Shown here piece after piece: positions 1 through 8,187 of a stretch of 64,000 bases of DNA. The stretch comes from an uncultured virus (IMG/VR IMGVR_UViG_3300038317_000166) (Duplodnaviria > Heunggongvirae > Uroviricota > Caudoviricetes), in IMG/VR virus record IMGVR_UViG_3300038317_000166. The stretch is one strand, 5' to 3'. The notes beneath the pieces were generated by a model. It was not told the DNA's origin. It was given only the letters and a program-made list of their open reading frames with translations, and ran no database searches. Made by a program: the position numbers and the translations under genes. Positions within the stretch are counted from its first letter, which is position 1; the number at the start of each line of letters is the position of its first letter.

Positions 1-295
1 CGCCAAGAGCTGCTTCGTAAGGAATTTGGATATCCTCCGGCACTGGTTCTGGTTCTGGAAGTGGAGTGTCATATTCTTCTGTAATTGCTTTGAAGTCATG
101 CAATCCCTTAAGGTCAGCAACCAAGTTGGGATTGTCCTCACCCTCGAGCATTCCATTCTTATCGATGTGGTAGCCTCCTACTTCGTAAGCAAAGGTAGGT
201 GCACCAAGGTATATCGTCGGAGCATTTAGTTCCAGGCTGATTGCTCCGACCAGCGATTTTCGTTTTGGACCTGTAATATTATAATTTATCTTCAC
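1..295 (-). CDS. Phage 'virulence-related' hypothetical protein, runs off the window start; paralog of 52457..53365
   Basis: Manual translation from GTG at 295: MKINYNITGPKRKSLVGAISLELNAPTIYLGAPTFAYEVGGYHIDK, matching MELKYNVTGSARKSLIGAIS..YLGAPTFAYEVGGYRIDK; RBS GAAAGGCGG. Confidence 0.85.
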   Translation of the reverse strand, partial: MKINYNITGPKRKSLVGAISLELNAPTIYLGAPTFAYEVGGYHIDKNGMLEGEDNPNLVADLKGLHDFKAITEEYDTPLPEPEPVPEDIQIPYEAALG

Positions 296-300
296 TTTTC

Positions 301-358
301 ATACCGCCTTTCATTTTTCGGTACTACATATATCACTCTGAATGCTGTAAATAGCAAG
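301..358 (-). promoter_or_regulatory. Conserved promoter-like motif TTGCTAT..AGAGTGAT..ATGTA.TACCGAAAA
   Basis: Close copy at 52396-52450 and weaker copy at 53840-53884, each directly upstream of an RBS. Confidence 0.65.
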
Positions 359-394
359 TCATTTCGAGCATTTTATGTAGAGAATAATGTTCTT

Positions 395-2266
395 TTATTC
401 GGCGGTATCTTGTATGGAAAACACAATGCCCGACAAAACAAAATACACACACGGAAGTGCCACTCCATTGCCCCACATCTTATATTCCGCAGAATCAGAA
501 TGTGGGTCTTTCAGCCACTTAGATATCTGCTTTAAGGTTTTAGGCTTAGTTGAACTTCCCGTAACCTTACGGTGGGTTTCAAATATGTTATACCAAGTGC
601 GTAAGTCATCCATTGTTGGATTTTCTGTTGCAAGATCACTACACCACCAGTCCGGGAAACCTTGAAGCCTTGCACATTCGGTCGGAGTTAATCTTCTGAC
701 CGTGTATAGGGTGCCGTCTGTATCATTAATAAGCGGAGGGTCTTTGTAGTCAGTAGCAACCAGCGTATTTGCTAGTTCTTCTTCAGCGGCAGTAAAAAAT
801 GATGCCTTGCTTGAAGAGTAGGTAGGAGTTGCCACAGCACTTGGCCCCTGTGCATTTAGTGTCGATGATATTCCGTCTTCTGTAATCCCAAGATTTCTGG
901 CATAATTTTGACCACAGTTGAAAGATTCTCTATCAATAGCGAAAACAACAGCGTGCTTATCTACAGTATTTAATGTAAAACTTATATTTTCATTAACCCC
1001 GTCACCCTGTGGGCCGTTCTTATCTTTTCTTCCAATCATGGAGCCTTGCAGAGCATAACTTTCTACAATAGCAATACCACCTTGATTGCAGGAAGGATTT
1101 CCTCCATTTCCATCAATGGTTCGTGAAGTATCGGCCTCATATACTCCGCTGTTGGGATTAGATGATTTCATGGCATTGCTGTCTTTAGAGCAGATACCAT
1201 AAGCTTTCGGGACAAATAACGTCTGATCATTATTGCAGGATAGTGTTGCCGATTTATTATTCTGGATAAGAGCACCTTTGCCACCGCCCTCACAGCCACA
1301 TCGGATTTTAAGAGTTTTAGGTGTATCACCAACCACAAAAGGCTGATTATTACCGCCTGTTCCATAAGTGGCTGATATTGTGGGTGCAACTTCAATTGGT
1401 CCCGTAAAACGAATATCTCTTCCGTGATTATCAAATACCGCCGCATCCATAACACAAGGTGGGTGATGAGCCTCAGCTCGAAGAGTGCAAGTGACATCTT
1501 CCGTGATATCCATCCGATTGCCACCTTGGTCATTTAAAATCACACTGCTTGTGCCTGTTTCTCTAATGCCGTTTTCAAAACAACCGGCAGTTCCTTGCCA
1601 CGCGCGGAAGCTCTCCTTAGAATACCCAGACAAGCCTTCTGACTTAAATAGTACTTCTCCGGCACTCCCACCTGCAAAATCTGCGACAAGGAAGATGCGT
1701 TTTCTTCGTTGGGGAACTCCCCAGTATTGAGCATCAAGCACTCGCCAGGCAATGGAGAAATTATCTCCCATGACAGTTCCTGCTTGCCTCCATTTATCAG
1801 CTTTAGGAACTGATAAGGTTTCATCTTTGATGCGGCAGATGCTTTCAAGGACACATCTGAAATCCTCTCCTTTGTTTGAGGAGAAAGCACCCGGCACGTT
1901 TTCCCAGACGATGTACCTTGGATATTTGCCATCTGTTGCACACCTCATTTCTTTTACAATTCGAATGGCATCATAAAAAAGGCTTGAACGCTCTCCGTCC
2001 AAGCCATCACGCTTACCCGCCACAGACATATCCTGACAAGGTGAGCCAAATGTAATTATATCAACCGGTTCTATCTTGCCGCCATCCAGGCAAGAGACAT
2101 CACCGTAGTGTTTCATGAAAGGCAGCCTTTTTGTTGTAACCCGTAAAGGAAACGGCTCAATTTCTGATGCCCATAACGGCTCGATACCACAGAGCAGACC
2201 GCCCAAAGGAAAACCGCCGCTGCCGTCAAACAGTGAGCCGAGGGTAAGATTATGCATCATCGGCAC
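395..2266 (-). CDS. DNA (cytosine-5) methyltransferase, alpha chain, with a long modular variable region
   Basis: Motif I LFDGSGG, catalytic GSPCQ, ENV, QRRKR, RRLTPTECARLQGFPD, GNGV. Confidence 0.95.
   Translation of the reverse strand: MPMMHNLTLGSLFDGSGGFPLGGLLCGIEPLWASEIEPFPLRVTTKRLPFMKHYGDVSCLDGGKIEPVDIITFGSPCQDMSVAGKRDGLDGERSSLFYDAIRIVKEMRCATDGKYPRYIVWENVPGAFSSNKGEDFRCVLESICRIKDETLSVPKADKWRQAGTVMGDNFSIAWRVLDAQYWGVPQRRKRIFLVADFAGGSAGEVLFKSEGLSGYSKESFRAWQGTAGCFENGIRETGTSSVILNDQGGNRMDITEDVTCTLRAEAHHPPCVMDAAVFDNHGRDIRFTGPIEVAPTISATYGTGGNNQPFVVGDTPKTLKIRCGCEGGGKGALIQNNKSATLSCNNDQTLFVPKAYGICSKDSNAMKSSNPNSGVYEADTSRTIDGNGGNPSCNQGGIAIVESYALQGSMIGRKDKNGPQGDGVNENISFTLNTVDKHAVVFAIDRESFNCGQNYARNLGITEDGISSTLNAQGPSAVATPTYSSSKASFFTAAEEELANTLVATDYKDPPLINDTDGTLYTVRRLTPTECARLQGFPDWWCSDLATENPTMDDLRTWYNIFETHRKVTGSSTKPKTLKQISKWLKDPHSDSAEYKMWGNGVALPCVYFVLSGIVFSIQDTAE
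1540..1941 (-). CDS. Nested alternative-frame beta subunit of the C5 methyltransferase (M.EcoHK31I beta-like); start uncertain
   Basis: LSQIL..VPEKYYLSQKACLGILRRASARGKELP..L..AL signature, same strand and different frame inside the MTase gene. Confidence 0.7.
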   Translation of the reverse strand: MQQMANIQGTSSGKTCRVLSPQTKERISDVSLKASAASKMKPYQFLKLINGGKQELSWEIISPLPGECLMLNTGEFPNEENASSLSQILQVGVPEKYYLSQKACLGILRRASARGKELPVVLKTALEKQAQAV

Positions 2267-3446
2267 TCACCTCCGGCAGATCACTATATCGGATTTCCGA
2301 GCCTTCTCTCAAAAGAAATACACCATCGGAGGTTCCGACTTGCTCAACATATCTCTTTACAATAACATCACAGTATTTTTCATCCAGTTCAATGGTGTAG
2401 CATATCCTGTCCGTTTGCTCACAGGCGATAAGGGTAGAACCACTTCCGCCGAAGGGATCGAGTACGATACAATTAGACAAACTGCTATTTAAGATTGGAT
2501 AGGCTACCAATGCTACAGGCTTCATAGTTGGATGGTCAGCATTTTTCTTTGGCTTTTCAAATTCCCATATAGTAGTCTGCTTTCTATCGGCATACCAGTT
2601 GTGCTTGCCGGATTTCTTCCAACCGAAAAGAACAGGCTCATGCTGCCATTGATAAGGCGAGCGGCCAAGAACAAGCGACTGCTTTTTCCAAATGCAAGTA
2701 CCGGAGAGATAAAAACCAGCATCTGAGAATGCCTTTCTGAAATTCAAACCTTCAGTATCTGCATGAAATACATAAATAGAAGCATCCTTCGCCATTGCTA
2801 CTTCAGTGTTTTGAAAAGCCGAAAGCAGGAATGTATAGAACGCTTCATTGCCCATGTTATCGTTTTTGATTTTACCCGCCGAACCTTNNNNNNNNNNNNN
2901 NNNNNNNNNNNNNNNNNNNNNNNNNNNNNNNNNNNNNNNNNNNNNGTGCTGCCCAAGCATCCAAACATCTCCTTGCTTGGTGAGTGCAGGCTTTTGCAGT
3001 TCTGCATCCACATCGAAGTCATCTTCATGAATGCCATCCTTAAGTGAATCCTTAAACAATGCATCCAGTTCAGCAGGCTCAAATCCGGTGAGGGATATGT
3101 CAAAGTCAGCCCCTTGCAGGTCGGCAATTAAGAGCATCAATTTGTCTTTATCCCAGTCACCGCTTATTTTATTGAGAGCGATATTGAGGGCCTTTTCTTT
3201 TTCTTCGTTCATCTCGATAACCACACACTCAACTTCAGTGATACCCATATCAAGTAGCACCTTCAAACGCTGATGGCCACCGACAACATGAGATGTGGTC
3301 TTATTCCATATAACGGGTTCAACATAGCCGAATTGTTCCATGGAGCGTTTTAGCTTTTCATATTCTGGGTCACCCGGTTTCAAGTCTTTACGAGGATTAT
3401 AGTCGGCTGGAATCAATAGCTCAGTTTTCAATTTTTCTATCTGCAT
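2250..3446 (-). CDS. ParB-N domain fused to N4/N6 DNA methyltransferase (assembly gap hides DPPY)
   Basis: YNPRK/GGHQR ParB motif, HPTMKP, DPFGGSGST; close paralog of 51029..52261. Confidence 0.93.
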   Translation of the reverse strand: MQIEKLKTELLIPADYNPRKDLKPGDPEYEKLKRSMEQFGYVEPVIWNKTTSHVVGGHQRLKVLLDMGITEVECVVIEMNEEKEKALNIALNKISGDWDKDKLMLLIADLQGADFDISLTGFEPAELDALFKDSLKDGIHEDDFDVDAELQKPALTKQGDVWMLGQHXXXXXXXXXXXXXXXXXXXXGSAGKIKNDNMGNEAFYTFLLSAFQNTEVAMAKDASIYVFHADTEGLNFRKAFSDAGFYLSGTCIWKKQSLVLGRSPYQWQHEPVLFGWKKSGKHNWYADRKQTTIWEFEKPKKNADHPTMKPVALVAYPILNSSLSNCIVLDPFGGSGSTLIACEQTDRICYTIELDEKYCDVIVKRYVEQVGTSDGVFLLREGSEIRYSDLPEVSADDA

Positions 3447-4617
3447 ATAATTCAGCCGCCTTTCTTAAATTTGTATACATATTGACATTCTCCCAGGGGA
3501 ACAGACTGGAATTAAAATGTCCGTAAACCGCTGTATCGGAATATATAGCATTTCTTAAGTGTAGTTTTTCAATGATTGCAGCAGGTCTAAGGTTAAATAC
3601 TTCTTGCACAATATTGGTAAGCTGATCATCAGTGACCTTACCTGTACCAAAGGAAGTCACATCAACAGCCACAGGGTTTGCCTTGCCGATTGCATAAGAA
3701 AGAGCGACCTCGCATTCCTCTGCAAGACCGCTCCATACGATGTTCTTTGCAATGTATCGTGCCATGTATGCACCACTTCGGTCAACCTTAGTTGGGTCCT
3801 TGCCACAAAGAGCACCTCCGCCGTGGGATGCAAGGCCACCATAGGTATCGACCATGATTTTTCTGCCAGTCAATCCTGTGTCGGCAGCAGGACCACCCTC
3901 GACAAATCTTCCAGAGGGGTTAATAAGAATTTCGGTACCATCATCAAATGGAAAATCCTCAAAGCACTGCCAAAGTACATTATTTCGAATATCCGAACTC
4001 AGTTCTTCCAGGGTTTTGTCTTTATCATGCTGGACTGAAACTACAATTGTTTTTACACTTCTTGGTTTACCGTCCTCATATTCCACTGTTACCTGTGCTT
4101 TACCATCTGGTAAAATTCCTTTGATAAGTTTCCCTTTACGGCAATCATCAATACGCTTTACGATACGATGAGAAAGCACCACTGGGAGGGGAAGGTTCTT
4201 ACTGGTTTCGCTTGTTGCATAACCGTAAACCGTACCTTGGTCACCGGCTCCAATAGAACCATACGGGTCAGCAATACCATTTCGCACTTCAAGTGCAATA
4301 TCTACACCCGCCGCAATATCAGCACTTTGCTGATGTACGAACACAAATACTGTGAACTTCCACGGATTATATCCGACCTCTCGAAGTACATTTTTTACGA
4401 TGAAACGGATATCCACTNNNNNNNNNNNNNNNNNNNNNNNNNNNNNGGTGATTTCGCCCGCCACGATAATTTTTCCTTTAGTAGCCATGACCTCACAGGC
4501 CACACGAGAAGCTTTATCTTTACGCATACAAGCATCCAGAATATTATCAGCAATGAGGTCACAAAGCTTATCCGGATGTCCCATGCAGACACTTTCAGCT
4601 GTTTTATAAGTAATCAT
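3421..4617 (-). CDS. metK: S-adenosylmethionine synthetase (phage-borne)
   Basis: [35 protein letters not shown]. Confidence 0.96.
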   Translation of the reverse strand: MITYKTAESVCMGHPDKLCDLIADNILDACMRKDKASRVACEVMATKGKIIVAGEITXXXXXXXXXXVDIRFIVKNVLREVGYNPWKFTVFVFVHQQSADIAAGVDIALEVRNGIADPYGSIGAGDQGTVYGYATSETSKNLPLPVVLSHRIVKRIDDCRKGKLIKGILPDGKAQVTVEYEDGKPRSVKTIVVSVQHDKDKTLEELSSDIRNNVLWQCFEDFPFDDGTEILINPSGRFVEGGPAADTGLTGRKIMVDTYGGLASHGGGALCGKDPTKVDRSGAYMARYIAKNIVWSGLAEECEVALSYAIGKANPVAVDVTSFGTGKVTDDQLTNIVQEVFNLRPAAIIEKLHLRNAIYSDTAVYGHFNSSLFPWENVNMYTNLRKAAELYADRKIEN

Positions 4618-4635
4618 ATTTTTCTCCTATCTTAT

Positions 4636-5187
4636 TTATTTACCTCGCCTTGCCGTGAGCAGACGCTCCATTACATCGTCCTGTGGGTTAGCACCACTGT
4701 ACTCACCAGTGCAGTTTTCTTTGACGATCTGGAATATCTCCATCCACAACCGGTTGGTTTGATTCATGTAATTCTGACCCATTGCCACATATGGACTTTG
4801 AATGGCATTACCCGTAGTTGGGTGTTTTGCTAAAAAGCCATATTCAGTTACCGCTTCCTCACATTGAATCCAACGAGCCACGCTCATGGCATATCGTTCC
4901 AATAGCTGCGGTGATACGAGAACGGCACACCCTCGCTCATTCAGCCACTGCCATGTATTTCTGTAGATTTCTCCTGCAACCAGTGCTTTGCCGTCTTTTT
5001 GTATAGCCTCGAGCATTTTATTTGGTTCGGGCATTTCAATTCCCTTTAGGTCTGCTGTATCTTGAAATTCCATCACGGTCAGTTTCCTGCCTCCCGGATT
5101 TCCTTCGGCGATTTTGTCAGCCAGTGGTTTCTTTTTCGCACCTGCACCGACACGAGCGCCACCTCGATTTGTACCGTCTTTTGCCAT
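4636..5187 (-). CDS. terS: Terminase small subunit (P27 family)
   Basis: RGGARVGAGAKKK N-terminus, position after HNH, near-identical to 50472..51023. Confidence 0.85.
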   Translation of the reverse strand: MAKDGTNRGGARVGAGAKKKPLADKIAEGNPGGRKLTVMEFQDTADLKGIEMPEPNKMLEAIQKDGKALVAGEIYRNTWQWLNERGCAVLVSPQLLERYAMSVARWIQCEEAVTEYGFLAKHPTTGNAIQSPYVAMGQNYMNQTNRLWMEIFQIVKENCTGEYSGANPQDDVMERLLTARRGK

Positions 5188-5224
5188 ATAATCACCTCAC
5201 TTTGCAGGGCCAAGGTTATTCCCT

Positions 5225-5307
5225 CGTTTGAAACCGCATTTTTTCACACGAAGCCCCACGCCGCTGTCCGCTTTAAAAAGTTTTAGAGATTTGACCGCCC
5301 CCACCGG
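5225..5307 (-). other. Candidate cos/packaging site
   Basis: Between HNH and terS; 24 bp GGACAGCGGCGTGGGGCTTCGTGT identical to 50391-50414. Confidence 0.6.
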
Positions 5308-5624
5308 TCACCGCTCTCTGCAGTAATCCTTGAGTGGCAGGATTTACAAAGAGCCATGAGATTGCTCTTCTCGTTACCACCACCTTTGGAAAGCGGAAGG
5401 ATGTGGTGTACCTCTTCGGCAGGAGTGAGCTTACCTTGCTTCTCACATTCCTCACAGAGAGGATGCGACTTGATGTAGCGGTCACGAATGCGTTTCCAAG
5501 CACGGCCGTATCGTTTGTTGGAGAAAGGGTCACGTTCATACTGGTTGTAATGTTTGTCCATTGCCTTTTGATGCTCGGCACAGTATTGCTCACGTTCAGC
5601 AAGCCGACCGCAGCCGGGATAAGC
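5283..5624 (-). pseudogene. Packaging HNH endonuclease, 5' truncated
   Basis: CEEC, EVHH, LCKSCH; frame extends upstream to AYPGCGRL but RBS and first 9 codons of the paralog (MPYKPKRPC) are absent. Confidence 0.75.
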
Positions 5625-5626
5625 TG

Positions 5627-5686
5627 ATTATATAATAACATAAATGCAACTGTGGTATCTTGTTGCAAAGTGTTGCAGAATGTGCA
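5627..5686 (-). promoter_or_regulatory. Late promoter with 10-bp-phased direct repeats (putative RinA-type activator sites)
   Basis: TGCA(A)CA at 5681, 5671 and 5661, then TATAAT at 5627-5632. Confidence 0.6.
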
Positions 5687-5688
5687 AA

Positions 5689-6114
5689 CTATATTTTAAT
5701 AGGATTTTCGGGAAGAGTCACATGATTAAGTGCTGCATTATGCCACCTGTAAACCGTTGTTCTGTCGGCATTAAGTTCATCGCCGATTTGCTCCCAGGTG
5801 AAGTTATGCACATAACGATACCTTAGAACCATGCGTTCATCCGTGTCTGCAACCTCGTTTATAACACACCTTATCTGCTCTTTAAGTGCCACAAGGTTAT
5901 CAACCTCGGCATTTATCTTACTTTCCAAATCCATAATACGCTCTAAACACCTTACAAACTTGGCATCTGCACTTCGTGAAGTTTGCACCTTCTCGTCCCA
6001 GCTTGGTGGTGATACACTTGTTGCCATTTCTCTTAGGCACTCCATCTCCTCAATGTCAGATTGTATTCTTTTATCTAGACGATATGCTTGGTGTAAATAT
6101 TCTTTTACTTTCAT
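5689..6114 (-). CDS. RinA/ArpU-like (DUF1492) late transcriptional activator
   Basis: KEYL.QAY N-terminus, C-terminal HTH VLRYRY..TWEQI..L..DRTTVYRWH. Confidence 0.8.
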   Translation of the reverse strand: MKVKEYLHQAYRLDKRIQSDIEEMECLREMATSVSPPSWDEKVQTSRSADAKFVRCLERIMDLESKINAEVDNLVALKEQIRCVINEVADTDERMVLRYRYVHNFTWEQIGDELNADRTTVYRWHNAALNHVTLPENPIKI

Positions 6115-6335
6115 CCTTTACTTACCTCCAATCTTAAATTTTTGATTAGGAAATTCCCATCAACAGAGGTAAGTTCTCTATACCAATCAGAATGGAAGAA
6201 CCTCTCCACCTCGGATATCATGTCCTTCGCAGGATCATAGCGGGGACGTTTTTTCAGTTTTTTCAGTGCATCCCTATAATCCTTGACAGCTTGCAGAATA
6301 ATGGCGTTTGCAAGTTGCTCATAAGGGTCGGTCAT
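6111..6335 (-). CDS. Conserved phage hypothetical protein
   Basis: PYEQLANAIILQAVKDYR; paralog of 49194..49391. Confidence 0.8.
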   Translation of the reverse strand: MTDPYEQLANAIILQAVKDYRDALKKLKKRPRYDPAKDMISEVERFFHSDWYRELTSVDGNFLIKNLRLEVSKG

Positions 6336-7689
6336 CGCACCACCTCCAATTTTGCTTTTACTGCATCAATTAAAGAGGTTTGTGTTTTTTCTTTTCTTGT
6401 AAGTGCAACCATAACGTCTTCATCTATGGTGTTTTTGGCAACAATGTGGTGAATCACAACCGTTTCATTTTGACCTTGCCTATAAAGGCGGGCATTGGTT
6501 TGCTGATACAACTCCAAAGACCAGGTAAGTCCAAACCATATAAGGGTAGAACCACCGCTTTGAAGATTAAGACCGTGTCCTGCACTTGCTGGATGAATAG
6601 CGGCGATTGGAATACTGCCGTCATTCCAATCTTCAATATCTTTAGGTGTGATAATCTGCCTAACGGGAAACCTCTTCTGGATACGCTCCAGGTCATGCTT
6701 ATACCAGTAGGCAACAAGCACCGGTTTTCCGTTTGCTCCTTCGATTAGGTCCTCCAAGGCATCAAGCTTTCTGTCATGAATCAAATGTGCCTTGTTTTTA
6801 TCATCATAGACAGCACCGTTAGCCATTTGTAAGAGTTTACCGGAAAGTACTGCCGCATTTACCGCATCAATTTCCTCATCACCTAAATTTGCCACCATCT
6901 CGTCTTGGAATTCAGAATAAATGCTCCATTCCTTATCACTCAGATATACAGGCACTTCATTTATGACGCATTCAGGCATTTTGAGATAATCTGCAGACTT
7001 CATAGAAATCGTAATATCAGATATTTGGTTGTATATCCTTTCTTCAGCACCTGGCAACGGCTTATATGAAAAGATAATCTCAGCATTTCGCTTATCTGGT
7101 ACAAAGTAGGCACTACGGTAGTGGGTTATGTACCTTCCAAGCCTCTGACCTAAATCAAGGACACGAAACTCTGCCCATAAATCCATAAGTCCGTTACTTG
7201 AAGGTGTTCCCGTCAAACCTACAATTCTTCTTACAGATGGTCTTACTTTCAGAAGGCTTTTAAACCGCTTTGCACCATAGGACTTAAAAGAAGATAACTC
7301 ATCGATGACAACCATATCGAAGTCAAAGGGAATACCGCTTTTGTTGACAAGCCAGTCTACATTTTCACGATTAATGATATAAATGGTGGCTCTTTTCATA
7401 AGGGCATTGATTCTATCTTTTTCCGTTCCTACAGCAACAGAGTAAGATAAGCCTTTGAGGTGATTCCACTTTTTTATTTCCGCAGGCCATGTTTGAGATG
7501 CAACTCTTAATGGCGCAATCACAAGAACCTTTCTTATTTCAAATTTATCAAGACATAGGTCAAACAATGCAGTAAGAGTGATTGCCGTTTTTCCTAACCT
7601 AAGCCCATATCAAGGAATATTGCAGATATTGGCTTGCTCTCGATAAAATCAATTGCATACTGCTGATAATCATGTGGTATGAACTTCAT
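6332..7689 (-). pseudogene. SNF2-family helicase, frameshifted by a 5-bp duplication in Walker A
   Basis: ATG at 7689 reads MKFIPHDYQ..FLDMGLG then TAG; TTAGG duplicated at 7593-7602; remainder (DELS, GLTGTP, HGLNLQ) intact. Confidence 0.85.
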
Positions 7690-7973
7690 TCGGCATCACC
7701 TCCCATCGTTCGTAACACTTCATCAATCTGCTCTACGCTATCAATGCAGTAAACTAAAAAACCTAACGCTTCCAGTTGTCTTTTTCGCCTTACTTGCAGG
7801 GGACGCATCATTTTGCCCGGTGCTTTTAATTCAATAAATGCGATTCTGCCCATAGGAAGTAGCACAAGGCGGTCAGGCATACCATTAAATCCTGGACTTA
7901 CAAACTTCGGGGCAATGCCTCCCATGTTTTTAACCGCTGCTATCAATTTTTGCTCTATATATTTTTCTTGCAT
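7686..7973 (-). CDS. VRR-NUC domain nuclease
   Basis: PG..GMPDR..L, FIELKAPG..RPLQ. Confidence 0.9.
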   Translation of the reverse strand: MQEKYIEQKLIAAVKNMGGIAPKFVSPGFNGMPDRLVLLPMGRIAFIELKAPGKMMRPLQVRRKRQLEALGFLVYCIDSVEQIDEVLRTMGGDAE

Positions 7974-7994
7974 AAAGTCCTCCATTTCTTATTG

Positions 7995-8185
7995 GGGAAC
8001 AACAGGCACAACTTTGAACGATTTTTCCTATATGCGCGCACACACGACATTTCTACTATTACTTTTTAATTTATTACTAAGTAGTAAAAGTCTTGTTCCT
8101 GTTATTCCCATTAAGCCGAAGTATCGATATTTGCTACGGTTTTAAGAAAACAACTATAGGAAACAACCAAAGAACAAGGAACTAC
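7995..8185. other. Candidate replication origin of the left element
   Basis: 15/17 inverted repeat (7995-8011 / 8093-8109) around an AT-rich core plus AACAA repeats, downstream of the primase/helicase. Confidence 0.55.
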
Positions 8186-8187
8186 CT

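Noticed and set aside
1168..1533. Second nested ORF in the C5 MTase
   Set aside because: No recognisable motif, unlike 1540..1941
2888..2945. Apparent loss of the DPPY motif in the left ParB-MTase
   Set aside because: This is an N gap; the paralog has 36 residues here against 20 X, so the gap is mis-sized rather than a real deletion
4418..4446. Possible insertion in metK
   Set aside because: N gap of estimated length; nothing can be concluded
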